Assembly: GCA_007116685.1 (NCBI GenBank)
Contig: SKIC01000178.1
Coordinates: 1-41,167 of the forward strand
DNA length: 41,167 nt
Direction: 5' to 3'
Source of the DNA: Balneolales bacterium
GTDB lineage: Bacteria > Bacteroidota > Rhodothermia > Balneolales > Natronogracilivirgulaceae
The notes below the pieces were generated by a model, which searched no databases, was not told the origin of the DNA, and saw only the letters and a program-made list of their open reading frames with translations. The translations under genes and the position numbers were made by a program. Below are positions 7,913 through 17,310 of this stretch, piece after piece; position 1 is the first letter of the stretch; the number at the start of each line of letters is the position of its first letter.

Positions 7913-8938
7913 TTGACTGAAAAGAAAATGGATTTTTTTGAGCGCCATCTTACATGGTGGGTATTGCTGTGTATTGCAGGCGGTATTTTAATCGGGCAGA
8001 TTGCCGGTGATTCTATAGAGATATTAAGTGACTTAAACCTCTATAATGTAAACATTCCCATCACTCTTCTCATTTGGGCGATGATTTACCCAATGATGCT
8101 TCAGGTAGATTTTTCATCGCTCAAGGATATTCGAAAACAACCCCGAGGTGTAGTCTGGACAGTAATCATTAACTGGGCCATAAAACCTTTTACTATGGCA
8201 TTTTTTGCATGGATTTTCTTTTCCCAATTGTACAGCGCTTGGATAGATCCTGAAATGGCTCAACAATATATTGCCGGTGCTATTTTATTGGGGGCAGCAC
8301 CTTGTACCGCAATGGTTTTTGTGTGGTCGTACTTATCAGATGGTGATCCTAATTACACGCTTGTACAAGTTTCGGTTAACGATATTCTGATTTTGATTCT
8401 GTTCATCCCCATTGTTGGCTTGTTATTAGGTATCACGGATATCACAATTCCCTATGATACTCTTGTGACTTCTGTTGTGGCTTTTGTAGTTGTGCCATTG
8501 CTTGCCGGATATATTACTCACAAAGTTCTTGTAAAGAAAAAAGGATTGATTTGGTATCAAAGCTCCTTTTTACCGCGATTCAAACCATTTTCAATTAGTG
8601 CTTTACTCATCACACTTGTCTTACTTTTTGCCTATCAAGGTGAGCACATTTTAGCCGAGCCGCTGATGATTGTGCTGATTGCCATCCCTTTAATCATCCA
8701 AACATACTTCATTTTCTTTTTAGCCTGGTACGGAGGAAAATGGTTCAACTTGAATTATCAAACCTGTGCTCCCGGCTCAATGATTGGTGCCAGTAACTTC
8801 TTTGAACTTGCTGTAGCCGTTGCGATTATGGTTTTTGGGATTCAATCCGGCGCTGCTCTGGTAACGGTTGTGGGGGTTTTGATAGAAGTACCAATTATGT
8901 TGTCTTTGGTTAAGTTTGCTAATCGAAATCGGTATTGA
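7913..8938 (+). CDS. acr3: ACR3-family arsenite efflux transporter
   Basis: 341 aa and polytopic. The ACR3 hallmark GAAPCTAMVFVW is present. AAGGAG at 7899-7904 lies 8 nt before the TTG at 7913, and an alternative ATG start is at 7928. Confidence 0.9.
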   Translation: MTEKKMDFFERHLTWWVLLCIAGGILIGQIAGDSIEILSDLNLYNVNIPITLLIWAMIYPMMLQVDFSSLKDIRKQPRGVVWTVIINWAIKPFTMAFFAWIFFSQLYSAWIDPEMAQQYIAGAILLGAAPCTAMVFVWSYLSDGDPNYTLVQVSVNDILILILFIPIVGLLLGITDITIPYDTLVTSVVAFVVVPLLAGYITHKVLVKKKGLIWYQSSFLPRFKPFSISALLITLVLLFAYQGEHILAEPLMIVLIAIPLIIQTYFIFFLAWYGGKWFNLNYQTCAPGSMIGASNFFELAVAVAIMVFGIQSGAALVTVVGVLIEVPIMLSLVKFANRNRY

Positions 8939-9047
8939 GATAGTAAAGAAATTAGACTCAGTTAACACAAAGTTGGCGCTCCAAGCCTTGGAAGACTTCC
9001 TTTTAATGGCGGATGATCTAATTTTTTTAGCCAGCAATGATGTTTTT

Positions 9048-9791
9048 CTACAAATATTTCAGTGCTGTTTCGTAACCTACTTTGATTAAATCTTTCAATG
9101 CATCGGGATTGCTTCTGGAGTAATCCTGTAACTCTGGAGCGATTACTAGGTTGGCATCTTCAGATTGTAATTTTGCTGAATTATCGAGGGCTATATCCAT
9201 CGCATTTATCATTACATCAATTACATCTTCTGGTTCTTCATATTCCCGATTGGCGTTCAAATCAACGGCAATAATGTAATCTGCTCCCATTTCTACTAAG
9301 GGAGTTACAGGCACATTTTCCATGAGACCACCATCCACCAATAAACGTCCGCCGAGTTCTATTGGGATAAAAATGCCCGGTATGCAGGTGCTTGCACGTA
9401 TGGCGTCTGCTAATTTCCCTTCTTTGAATACCACTTTTTCCCCTTTCCCAACATCGGTGGCGATGATAGCAAGTGGGATGTCGGCATCTTCTATCGACAC
9501 ATCATTGATGTATTCATCTGCTATATCGGCCATTTTTTCGTTACTCAAAAAACCCAATTTGGAAAATGAGAAAGCCCCTACATCCAGCCAGTTAAGATCG
9601 CTCATAATCTCTTCTATTTTATGAGAATCCAAACCGAAAGCATATAAGCCGGCTATCAGAGCACCTATGCTGGTGCCGGAAATATGGGTTACCTTTATCT
9701 CTTTTTCTTCAAATGCCCGCAATATTCCTATATGGGCTGCTCCCAGGATTGCACCGCCTCCTAATGCAAGCGCGATTTTTTTCTGTTTCAT
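9048..9791 (-). CDS. Patatin-like phospholipase
   Basis: 247 aa with the oxyanion motif GGGAILGAAHIG, the nucleophile motif GTSIG (GxSxG) and the catalytic Asp motif VDGG. Confidence 0.9.
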   Translation of the reverse strand: MKQKKIALALGGGAILGAAHIGILRAFEEKEIKVTHISGTSIGALIAGLYAFGLDSHKIEEIMSDLNWLDVGAFSFSKLGFLSNEKMADIADEYINDVSIEDADIPLAIIATDVGKGEKVVFKEGKLADAIRASTCIPGIFIPIELGGRLLVDGGLMENVPVTPLVEMGADYIIAVDLNANREYEEPEDVIDVMINAMDIALDNSAKLQSEDANLVIAPELQDYSRSNPDALKDLIKVGYETALKYL

Positions 9792-9867
9792 CGGTTATTG
9801 GGATTTAGATTGACAAGATCCGTTTTTGGCAAATATTACGCTAATGTGGTCTTATTCACAATATGGC

Positions 9868-9975
9868 GTTTCGGACAGCCGCATCTTTACTCACTACTCA
9901 TTGAGCATGATTTATTTTTGGGGTATAACGCTATAGTTTTGCTTTTTACTCTAATTGCGACAGCCCGAAGTAGCT
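9868..9975 (+). repeat. Half copy C of the repeat family (M1, 72-nt spacer, M2) that ends on the CotH stop codon
   Basis: gtttcggacagccgc at 9868-9882 and ttgcgacagcccgaagtagct at 9955-9975 are identical to the boxes at 6574-6588 and 6657-6677. The sequence between the boxes differs. Confidence 0.8.
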
Positions 9976-12900
9976 TATTTCATCAATAGCATTTTATTGG
10001 TTTTTACGGATTGGTTGGTAGCGAGCCGGTAAATGTACATTCCGCTGGATAGGTGTGATGCATCAAAAGTGATTTCGTGCCAGCCTGCGTTTTGCTGTGA
10101 GTTTACAAGTATGGCTACTTTTTGGCCGAGCATATTATATACTGTAAGCCGAACCTCAGATTGCTCCGGGAGCCCATAGCGGATTTGAGTTGTGGGATTG
10201 AAAGGATTGGGATAATTCTGATGCAATGTTAATTCCATAGGTAACTCTTCATGCTCGGCTGAAGTACTTGTTGTGGTGGTAAATCGATTTACTGCCGACC
10301 AAGGCGTCCATTCTTCTTCGGAAAGTTCTGCTCTAACCCGCCAGAAATAGGTTGTGTTGGTTTCCAAGGATTCCTGCATCTGATAACTTGTGCTCGCCAC
10401 AAATTCATCTACAACTCTCACAAAAAATGAGTTATCTACGGCTACCTGAAGCTGATATCTTTCTGCTCCAATAGGCAATGACCAATTGAATTCCGGCTGT
10501 ACAGAAACGCCTTCGGCATCATTCTCTGGAGACACAAGCACAATGCCATCATCCATTGCTTCTCCAGTCACTCTGATTTCACTAATCTGCAACTCTGTCC
10601 GTTGGCCACTATCAGAGTCTAATCGGTCGCCGGTATAGTAATAGCGCCATTTTAGTTGCAGTGTGGATTGATTCATCCATTCTTCAGGAAAATCAATGGG
10701 ACCAATAAACTGAGTGTGTCCGGGCGTTTCGTTTCGCTCATATTCCACGGGATTTCCGGATGCATCCAACACATCTTCGAAATCGCCTTCTGCGCCAAGG
10801 CGGTATCGTAATCGCCAATTATACACTCTGGAATTTGGGGATATTGTGCCGGCTGTAAACGCAACTTGTGCGCTCTCCATCCCCTCAGTATTTAAGGCTA
10901 AAATGACTGCACCCAAACGAGTTCCCGGGAAACCTGGATTTCCATCAGAATTACCCGTGTTGATGAAAGAAAATCCCTCATCTCCAAGTCCATTGATTCG
11001 TGTTCGCGAATCTATATTATAAGCACCGGCTGCAACTCCCTGTATATTTGCGTTTAAACCAGGGTCGGATTCATCCATATATACAAAAACCATATTACTG
11101 GGATATGTACCCGGCTCAGCAAATGCGGACCAACTCGTAAAGTGATATTCACCAGAGACCAAGCGATGAGGTTCGGGAGCAAATGGATTTACGGGCGTAT
11201 CATCTGCTTCAAAGACTGCGCGCAAACTTATGTTTGAATTTGGGTTTATTTCGATTTCGGGATTTGTCCCTGAAATATCTCCCTCCCAGCGAAGAAAACG
11301 ATAACCCTCCTCAGGGATAGCAGAAATAGATACCGGAACCGTGCGGAAGTAAACTCCCATCCAGGGTGATTGGGAATCTAGTTTTAGAGAATTAACCATC
11401 ACCTCTCCAGAGCCACCCACTGATTCTTGAACCGTTAAGTGGTAAGTGCCCGGCAGGGAAAAATGCTGCTGTATATGCTGCCTCACAAAACCGGGACGCT
11501 GATTGGCAAAATCCCGCATTTTTTGAATTTCGTTCTGCCAATTGGAGTTTGACTCAGGTTGATTCCATCTTAAAATATGTTCTGCCATTTCCGGCGCATA
11601 TTCATTTTCAAAACCTTCCAGAATGGAATTGGCATACTCCGATGAGAAGTTTGAATTGAGTTTATCGGCGAAACGATTTACAAATGCATTTCTGAAATCG
11701 GTATTGGTAAGAAGGCGGCGTAGTAATAATGTTGACCAATCCGGATTTGGCCATCCGCCATGTCCCGTTTGCGTCGCAAAAGCCAGTGTATTATGAGCAG
11801 CTCCTTGATTATGCCCCTGCACATAGTTGTAATCCAGGTTAAACCCGAAATCCACATCAAAAACAATCCAGCGCCAGCGCCCATCATAAGGAGCACGAGC
11901 ATTAGGGTCGTAATCTACATTGTAGCGCCAATATGCTAAATTATTTCCCGGCCAATCCGTATTCCGGAAGTAGATTTGTGCCACCTGATAATCGATGAAA
12001 TTATCCACATCCATTTGAGTGGTCACCCATTCGTAATTTGAGGCACTCGCCATGCTTTGGTTTGCAATAAAATCATACATGGCATTAAAATGAGCTACGC
12101 CATCAGGGTCTCCACGATCATACAAGCGGTTGTTTTCCATCATGGTCATTTCCATTTCATCTATACCATAATGAGAATAGATATAATGATGGTCCATTCT
12201 GTCGCGAATGTTATGAATACCCCAATATTCTCCGTTCAAAAATACAATGGCAGGGCGAGTGTGTTGAATGTCCAATTCGGTATAATCTCGTAATAATCGC
12301 TGCATGTAGGCGTCACGGAATAGAGATTTTCGCCAATCGTTACCGGAATTTCTGAGTAGAAAGCGTTTGTATTCCTGAACATCTTTATCAGGGAAAAGTG
12401 GGTATTCCAGCCAGGATGTTCCGTATTCACCACGAGTATAAATCCGCAAAGTCTTTCTTGGTCGATTTCGGCTGGTTCCGCCGTGGATTCTAATTCCGCC
12501 GTTTATTCCAAATTCGCGACTTCCATCTGTTTCAAAAAACTCGATATGTGCCGGACGCTCCCATTCTCTGCCTCGTTGGTTATAATTGGAATTATTGCCG
12601 TACACATAAATTCCAATTTCGTCGTCAAAGAGGTTTTCCCTGTCTGTGGTGATGGAAAACACCGGCATACTGTAACGATCTGAGCCCAAGGGATCTATTA
12701 CATAAGAATGCGTTGCAATTTCGCTGGCTTTTGCTCCTTCTCTAAACGCTCTGGCTCTTACCGTTGTGATTTTGAAAATCTCGCCATTTGGCGGAACCCA
12801 TTCTTCACTATAAGGATTTCCCGGGCCGATATTATTGGTTGGGATTAAGGATATGTCGTTAGGGTCTCCAGCCCGACTGCTTACAGAAATGGAACCCTGA

Positions 12901-13556
12901 AAACGATTCGAAGATGTGGTGGGCTCGGAGCCATCAAGGGTGTAATAAATTATGGCTTCTGAATCATCTGAACTTAAATCCAGGGTGATATCGGATGAAT
13001 AAAAACCACCGGAAACAGAAAACTCAGGTTGGGATAAAATGGTTTCAAAACCACTATCGTCATTTGATTCCCCCGGTGTGGGATTTTCAAAAAAGATGAA
13101 TTGGTCGCCACCATCAGGAACTCGTCCGTAGGAAATATCTGTAGGAATGGCGGTGGGTGGGATTTCATCAACCCGGGTTCCATCGGTGGATGTGAGCAGA
13201 ATTTCCTCTCCCGATGATGAAATGCTAAAATTGGTGTGCAAAGGCTGAGATGGGTTCGTGCGGTCTTTGCCGGATGCCCATACCAACAAAAACTCGCCGG
13301 GTGCGATACTAATATTCGGTAAAAGCCAGCGATAGGGGCGGTCATAATCATCCGACAGACCATAGCCAAAAAGATTTACCGTTTCGTTGCCGGCATTATA
13401 TAATTCAATCCAGTCTTCGTAATCACCATCTTCGTCAGCGATAGTCTCGCTGTTAGAAGCCATAATCTCGTTGATAAGCACATCTTGAGATAAAGCCACC
13501 TCTATTGAAAATAAAAACAGAAGCGCACTCATCCAAAGGCCTTTGGGAAGTGTCAT
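9975..13556 (-). CDS. Secreted CotH-family protein with an N-terminal lamin-tail domain and a T9SS type-A C-terminal sorting domain
   Basis: 1193 aa with a signal peptide. The LTD motif is VLINEIMASN...DWIELYN. The CotH core is RNSGNDW...FLNGEYWGIHNIRDRMD. The C-terminal Por secretion tail is NYPNPFNPTTQIRYGLPEQSEVRLTVYNMLGQKV...SGMYIYRL. Confidence 0.85.
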   Translation of the reverse strand: MTLPKGLWMSALLFLFSIEVALSQDVLINEIMASNSETIADEDGDYEDWIELYNAGNETVNLFGYGLSDDYDRPYRWLLPNISIAPGEFLLVWASGKDRTNPSQPLHTNFSISSSGEEILLTSTDGTRVDEIPPTAIPTDISYGRVPDGGDQFIFFENPTPGESNDDSGFETILSQPEFSVSGGFYSSDITLDLSSDDSEAIIYYTLDGSEPTTSSNRFQGSISVSSRAGDPNDISLIPTNNIGPGNPYSEEWVPPNGEIFKITTVRARAFREGAKASEIATHSYVIDPLGSDRYSMPVFSITTDRENLFDDEIGIYVYGNNSNYNQRGREWERPAHIEFFETDGSREFGINGGIRIHGGTSRNRPRKTLRIYTRGEYGTSWLEYPLFPDKDVQEYKRFLLRNSGNDWRKSLFRDAYMQRLLRDYTELDIQHTRPAIVFLNGEYWGIHNIRDRMDHHYIYSHYGIDEMEMTMMENNRLYDRGDPDGVAHFNAMYDFIANQSMASASNYEWVTTQMDVDNFIDYQVAQIYFRNTDWPGNNLAYWRYNVDYDPNARAPYDGRWRWIVFDVDFGFNLDYNYVQGHNQGAAHNTLAFATQTGHGGWPNPDWSTLLLRRLLTNTDFRNAFVNRFADKLNSNFSSEYANSILEGFENEYAPEMAEHILRWNQPESNSNWQNEIQKMRDFANQRPGFVRQHIQQHFSLPGTYHLTVQESVGGSGEVMVNSLKLDSQSPWMGVYFRTVPVSISAIPEEGYRFLRWEGDISGTNPEIEINPNSNISLRAVFEADDTPVNPFAPEPHRLVSGEYHFTSWSAFAEPGTYPSNMVFVYMDESDPGLNANIQGVAAGAYNIDSRTRINGLGDEGFSFINTGNSDGNPGFPGTRLGAVILALNTEGMESAQVAFTAGTISPNSRVYNWRLRYRLGAEGDFEDVLDASGNPVEYERNETPGHTQFIGPIDFPEEWMNQSTLQLKWRYYYTGDRLDSDSGQRTELQISEIRVTGEAMDDGIVLVSPENDAEGVSVQPEFNWSLPIGAERYQLQVAVDNSFFVRVVDEFVASTSYQMQESLETNTTYFWRVRAELSEEEWTPWSAVNRFTTTTSTSAEHEELPMELTLHQNYPNPFNPTTQIRYGLPEQSEVRLTVYNMLGQKVAILVNSQQNAGWHEITFDASHLSSGMYIYRLATNQSVKTNKMLLMK

Positions 13557-13669
13557 AATAAATAAAAAAGCATTTCGGGTTTAATGCTTCAAAATAGAGA
13601 TTCAGATCACGAATAGCATATATTAGGGCAATCTTTTACCAATTTATACCAGCTATTAGCATTTCTCAA

Positions 13670-13880
13670 GTTTCGGACAGCCGCGGGCTGCCGCCATTTT
13701 AGGTGAGGCATTTTGGGTATTGGATGCAGACTCTGCAATAATAGCACGATTGGGATAAAGAAGGGCGGCTGTCCGGTATTGTGGATTAGCAACGAGGTTT
13801 TTTACTCGTGTTGTGCCATATCGCAGTCGTGAACGACTGCTTTTTTGTAATAGGACGTCGGGGACAACGTCCTATGTTTT
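13670..13880 (+). repeat. Compact copy D of the structured repeat element (M1 fused directly to M3, then M4, terminator hairpin, second hairpin)
   Basis: gtttcggacagccgc at 13670-13684 is followed directly by gggctgccgccattttaggtgag. The inverted partner gcggctgtccg lies at 13765-13775. It is collinear with 6680..6866 at high identity by eye. Confidence 0.8.
13823..13846 (+). terminator. Intrinsic terminator inside repeat copy D
   Basis: gcagtcg-tgaa-cgactgc is followed by TTTTTT. A second hairpin ggacgtcg-ggga-caacgtcc at 13853-13872 is followed by tatgTTTTTT. Confidence 0.6.
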
Positions 13881-13909
13881 TTAGAGAATTTGTATGTTAT
13901 AGAGAAATA

Positions 13910-13941
13910 AAGTATCTCCCCCAAATTTAAGGGAGATACTT
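13910..13941 (-). terminator. Intrinsic terminator downstream of the tricorn-like protease gene
   Basis: An 11-bp perfect stem aagtatctccc / gggagatactt encloses a 10-nt loop. The sequence after it on the minus strand is T-rich, and it lies 10 nt past the stop at 13952. Confidence 0.6.
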
Positions 13942-13951
13942 TATCCTAAAC

Positions 13952-16900
13952 TTAATCCAACTTCTCCAACAAGACTTCTATAGCTCGTTCGAGTTGTTGG
14001 TCTCGGCCTTGGTCGATGTAGCCCGGCATGTTTTTGACTTCGTAGGTTGGATGCGTTTGGTTGTTCTCCATCCACTCGCCAGCTTTGTTTGTAGCGCTAA
14101 CGGGCACAATTCCCCAAACCATTCCGTTTGGTAATCGCTCCCAGCCGGCAAAACTACAGGTACCCGGCACTGGCATTCCAACCGATGGACCAATTTCAAG
14201 TTCTACATAAGCACTTGCATAACAATGTCCGTCTGAGTACATGGATTCATTGAAAAGCGACAAGGTAGGACGAGTCCAGCGGGAAGTTGGTTCGCCGCCG
14301 ACCACTCTATCTTCGGTAGCATAGCGATTGAATTCCACGCCGGTAAAAAACATGGCTAAATCAGCAACCAAATCACCACCGCCATTGAAACGGGTATCCA
14401 CAATCATGGCTTCGCTATTTACATAACGGCCGAGCATATCCTGAATAACATTTCGGAAAGGCCCATCGCCCATACCCGGAATATGCACATAACCTAATCT
14501 GCCACCGCTCTTCTCTTCCACTTCTTTACGATTTATCTCGATAAATCTCTGATAAAGCAGGCTTCTTTCCTGACCAAGACTAATCGGGCGAACTGTGATT
14601 TGCTTTCTTGCTTCTCTGCGGCGGGTTTCTTGCCAAACAATTTCCAACATGACAAATTCGCCTGCTTTTCGGTTCAGGTAATAGGCAATATCCCTATCCG
14701 GTGTAATTAACTGCCCATTGATTTTTTCGATAACCATCCCCGGCTGGATATCAAAGGAGGCTTTGTCTAGCGGTCCACCTGCAATTACCTCGGCTATTCG
14801 GATACCATTACCCTCATGACTGTAATCCATGAAGATTCCCAAAGATGCGGTTTGGTCTGCGTTATCTATACTCCTGCTGTATCGGGTTCCGGAGTGCGAC
14901 ACATTCAATTCACCCAACCATTCTGCTACCATTTCAGCAAATTCGTATGTATTCCCGATATGTGGCAGATACTTGCTGTATTCTTCGTAGAGCATGTCCC
15001 AATCCTGACCGTGGAAGGTAGGTTCGTAGTGCACATTTTTAGTGCGCACATAAATATGCTCAAATAAATGCTGACGTTCCGCAAGTTCATCAAACGGCAT
15101 TTCTCCACGAATTCGAACCGGGCTGGCAGAACTTCCTCCAATATTCAATTTCTGTATGCTTCCACCGCTCAACATGTACAAATTACTCATGTCATCATCC
15201 CAATGAAGACTTCCGGGACCGGAATTCAGGCGGATAGCAATACTATTTTCTCTGGTTCTGAGATCTACTTCCCAGAGATTATATCGCCCATCAAAACTAG
15301 CCAGATAGTACAATTTCTTTCCATCTTTTGATAAAACCGCATCACTCATCCAACCCGATTGTGGCGTTAAACGAGCCGTCCAGTTTTTCATGCGTTCTTT
15401 ATCGAAACTGAGATCAGAATCTTCTTCTTCCTCGTCACTACTACCATTGGCTTCCTGAACTTGTGTCCAAAGTTTGTACTCCTCTTCATCCATGGAGTAC
15501 AAATCCCATGCTTCCTGATCAAAAAACATGGTGTACACATCCCGCTCCGTAGCCCCGCTTGTTGCGTAACTTCTCAATCCATCTCTGTTTGAGAACCAAA
15601 TCATTTTTTTGCCGTCATTGCTCCATTGAGGACTTGAATCCATATAACCACTGCGGGTTAGGTTGATTCTCTCACTTCCATCAGCAGCCATCAATAAGAC
15701 TTCAGAATTGTGAAGCAATTTACGCCAGCCAATCAAGAGCCATTTACTGTCCGGGCTCCAGATGAAATAATGTTCGCCTTCTCTCATGTGGAATAAGTCA
15801 TCCGGAGTAAGTAAATCTACCGTGCGGTTGTTATCCAAATTTCGGACACGAAGCGTACGTCTATCATAGATATAAGCGATTTGTTTACCATCAGGAGAAA
15901 ATGAAGCTTGATAAACATCCGCATCTTCCGTGAAAAATTCCCTCTCCTGCAATAAGGTTGAACCATAGAAGAACGGCTCTTCTTCACGCACAATTCGGGT
16001 AGCGAAAACACGCCATTGGCCATCTTGTTTTCTGGAGTACAAGAGGTCTTTTCCGTCAGGACTGAATGCTAAAAATCGCTCTTGTTCCGGTGTATTGGTG
16101 ATTCGCTTAGTCATGGCGCCATCCACAGAAGTAACAAAAACTTCACCACGGGCTATAAAAGCAATTTCTTTCCCATTTGGAGCGATGGCCATTTCGCTCA
16201 CGCCACCATTTATGGAAATAAAGCTGTCAGGATTCGATTTTTTCTGCGTACGAATCATGACATCCACTTTTTGCGGTTCTTCACCGGGGAGCATGGTGTA
16301 CAGTTCGCCATCATAACCAAAAGCCAATCTTCCGCTGCCATAACTTAAAAAACGCACCGGATGCAAAGAGAAATTCGTAATCTGCTCACTGCTTCCGCGT
16401 TGGCTTAGATCCATTTTATGCACATTGAACGTACCGCTCTCATCTGTCAGGTAATAAATGGCATCTTCCGAGCTGTTGAAAACCGGTTGGCGATTCTCAC
16501 CTTCGAAATCAGACAGCATGGTATGTGTTCCGGCCTCGCGGTCGTATAGCCAAATATCTCTGGTGATAGAAGAACGATGATGTTTTCTCCATTCATCCTC
16601 GCCGCCTTTTTTGTCATGATAAACCACTCGCTTTCCATCGCTGCTAATTTGAGAAAACTCGGCAGGAATAGTTAGCACCTGATGAACACGGCCACCCTGA
16701 ACAGGCACCTTATATAATTCAGGCTGACTGGCAGCAGGAAACTGGCGATGATTTACGTCATCCTGGCGAACAGCGCCAAACCAAACAAATCCGTCATCGG
16801 GACTGAAGGCATAAGGGAATTCGTCATTGGAATGATACGTCAAACGAGTTGCGGGACCTCCATCAGCATCCATCACATACACATTGAAATTCCCATAACG

Positions 16901-17149
16901 GTCTGAGGCAAAAGCAATCTGAGAACCATCATTGCTCCAAACAGCCATAAAATCGTGAGCCTCGTGAAAAGTAAGTTGCCGGGCAACACCGCCACTTACC
17001 GGCACGCGATATAAATCTCCTTTGTAGGTAAATGCAATGTGCTGTCCGTCAGGAGAAATGGACTGATGACGAATCCATTGCGGATTATCCTCCGCAATGG
17101 CCAAATTCCAACCGAATGCGAAAAGAATTGTTAATAAAAGGAATTTCAT
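13952..17149 (-). CDS. Tricorn-like protease (WD40-like beta-propellers, PDZ domain and S41 peptidase domain)
   Basis: 1065 aa with a signal peptide. Repeated TolB/WD40-like SPDG motifs occur (ISPDGQHIAF, WSNDGSQIAF, FSPDGKDLLY, FSPDGKQIAY). A PDZ-like segment (GGPLDKASFDIQPGMVIEKINGQ) is followed by a C-terminal S41-like region (DTRFNGGGDL). Confidence 0.85.
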   Translation of the reverse strand: MKFLLLTILFAFGWNLAIAEDNPQWIRHQSISPDGQHIAFTYKGDLYRVPVSGGVARQLTFHEAHDFMAVWSNDGSQIAFASDRYGNFNVYVMDADGGPATRLTYHSNDEFPYAFSPDDGFVWFGAVRQDDVNHRQFPAASQPELYKVPVQGGRVHQVLTIPAEFSQISSDGKRVVYHDKKGGEDEWRKHHRSSITRDIWLYDREAGTHTMLSDFEGENRQPVFNSSEDAIYYLTDESGTFNVHKMDLSQRGSSEQITNFSLHPVRFLSYGSGRLAFGYDGELYTMLPGEEPQKVDVMIRTQKKSNPDSFISINGGVSEMAIAPNGKEIAFIARGEVFVTSVDGAMTKRITNTPEQERFLAFSPDGKDLLYSRKQDGQWRVFATRIVREEEPFFYGSTLLQEREFFTEDADVYQASFSPDGKQIAYIYDRRTLRVRNLDNNRTVDLLTPDDLFHMREGEHYFIWSPDSKWLLIGWRKLLHNSEVLLMAADGSERINLTRSGYMDSSPQWSNDGKKMIWFSNRDGLRSYATSGATERDVYTMFFDQEAWDLYSMDEEEYKLWTQVQEANGSSDEEEEDSDLSFDKERMKNWTARLTPQSGWMSDAVLSKDGKKLYYLASFDGRYNLWEVDLRTRENSIAIRLNSGPGSLHWDDDMSNLYMLSGGSIQKLNIGGSSASPVRIRGEMPFDELAERQHLFEHIYVRTKNVHYEPTFHGQDWDMLYEEYSKYLPHIGNTYEFAEMVAEWLGELNVSHSGTRYSRSIDNADQTASLGIFMDYSHEGNGIRIAEVIAGGPLDKASFDIQPGMVIEKINGQLITPDRDIAYYLNRKAGEFVMLEIVWQETRRREARKQITVRPISLGQERSLLYQRFIEINRKEVEEKSGGRLGYVHIPGMGDGPFRNVIQDMLGRYVNSEAMIVDTRFNGGGDLVADLAMFFTGVEFNRYATEDRVVGGEPTSRWTRPTLSLFNESMYSDGHCYASAYVELEIGPSVGMPVPGTCSFAGWERLPNGMVWGIVPVSATNKAGEWMENNQTHPTYEVKNMPGYIDQGRDQQLERAIEVLLEKLD

Positions 17150-17256
17150 GTATGTCTGATTTTAGTGAATGAGTTGAAGCCTGTTTTCAAGGTCTCGTTA
17201 ACTCGCATTATCTGTAACTTTTTTATTCTGACTGAAAATAGAACACTGGAACTAAA

Positions 17257-17286
17257 TAAAAAAAGGCAGATGTCGTAACATCTGCC
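17257..17286 (-). terminator. Intrinsic terminator downstream of gcvP
   Basis: ggcagatgt-cgta-acatctgcc is followed on the minus strand by a 7-T run. It lies 25 nt past the stop at 17311. Confidence 0.85.
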
Positions 17287-17310
17287 TCATTCTAAATCTT
17301 CATGGATATT

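Noticed and set aside
8777-9037. An 86-aa minus-strand ORF overlapping the acr3 3-prime end.
   Set aside because: It overlaps a confidently assigned transporter gene, has no motif and has biased composition. It is a shadow ORF.
6574-9975. The box / 68-72 nt variable spacer / box pattern looked superficially CRISPR-like.
   Set aside because: There are only two units, 3.3 kb apart and not tandem. The two boxes differ from each other, the spacers are twice the usual length, and no cas genes are present. It fits a dispersed repeat family, not a CRISPR array.
13607-13792. A 61-aa minus-strand ORF across repeat copy D, and similarly the 63-aa plus-strand ORF at 9798..9989 across copy C.
   Set aside because: The homologous frame in copy B hits TAA after ...IPIVL. 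The ORFs are not conserved between copies and start at non-ATG or unsupported starts. They are most likely by-products of the repeat sequence.
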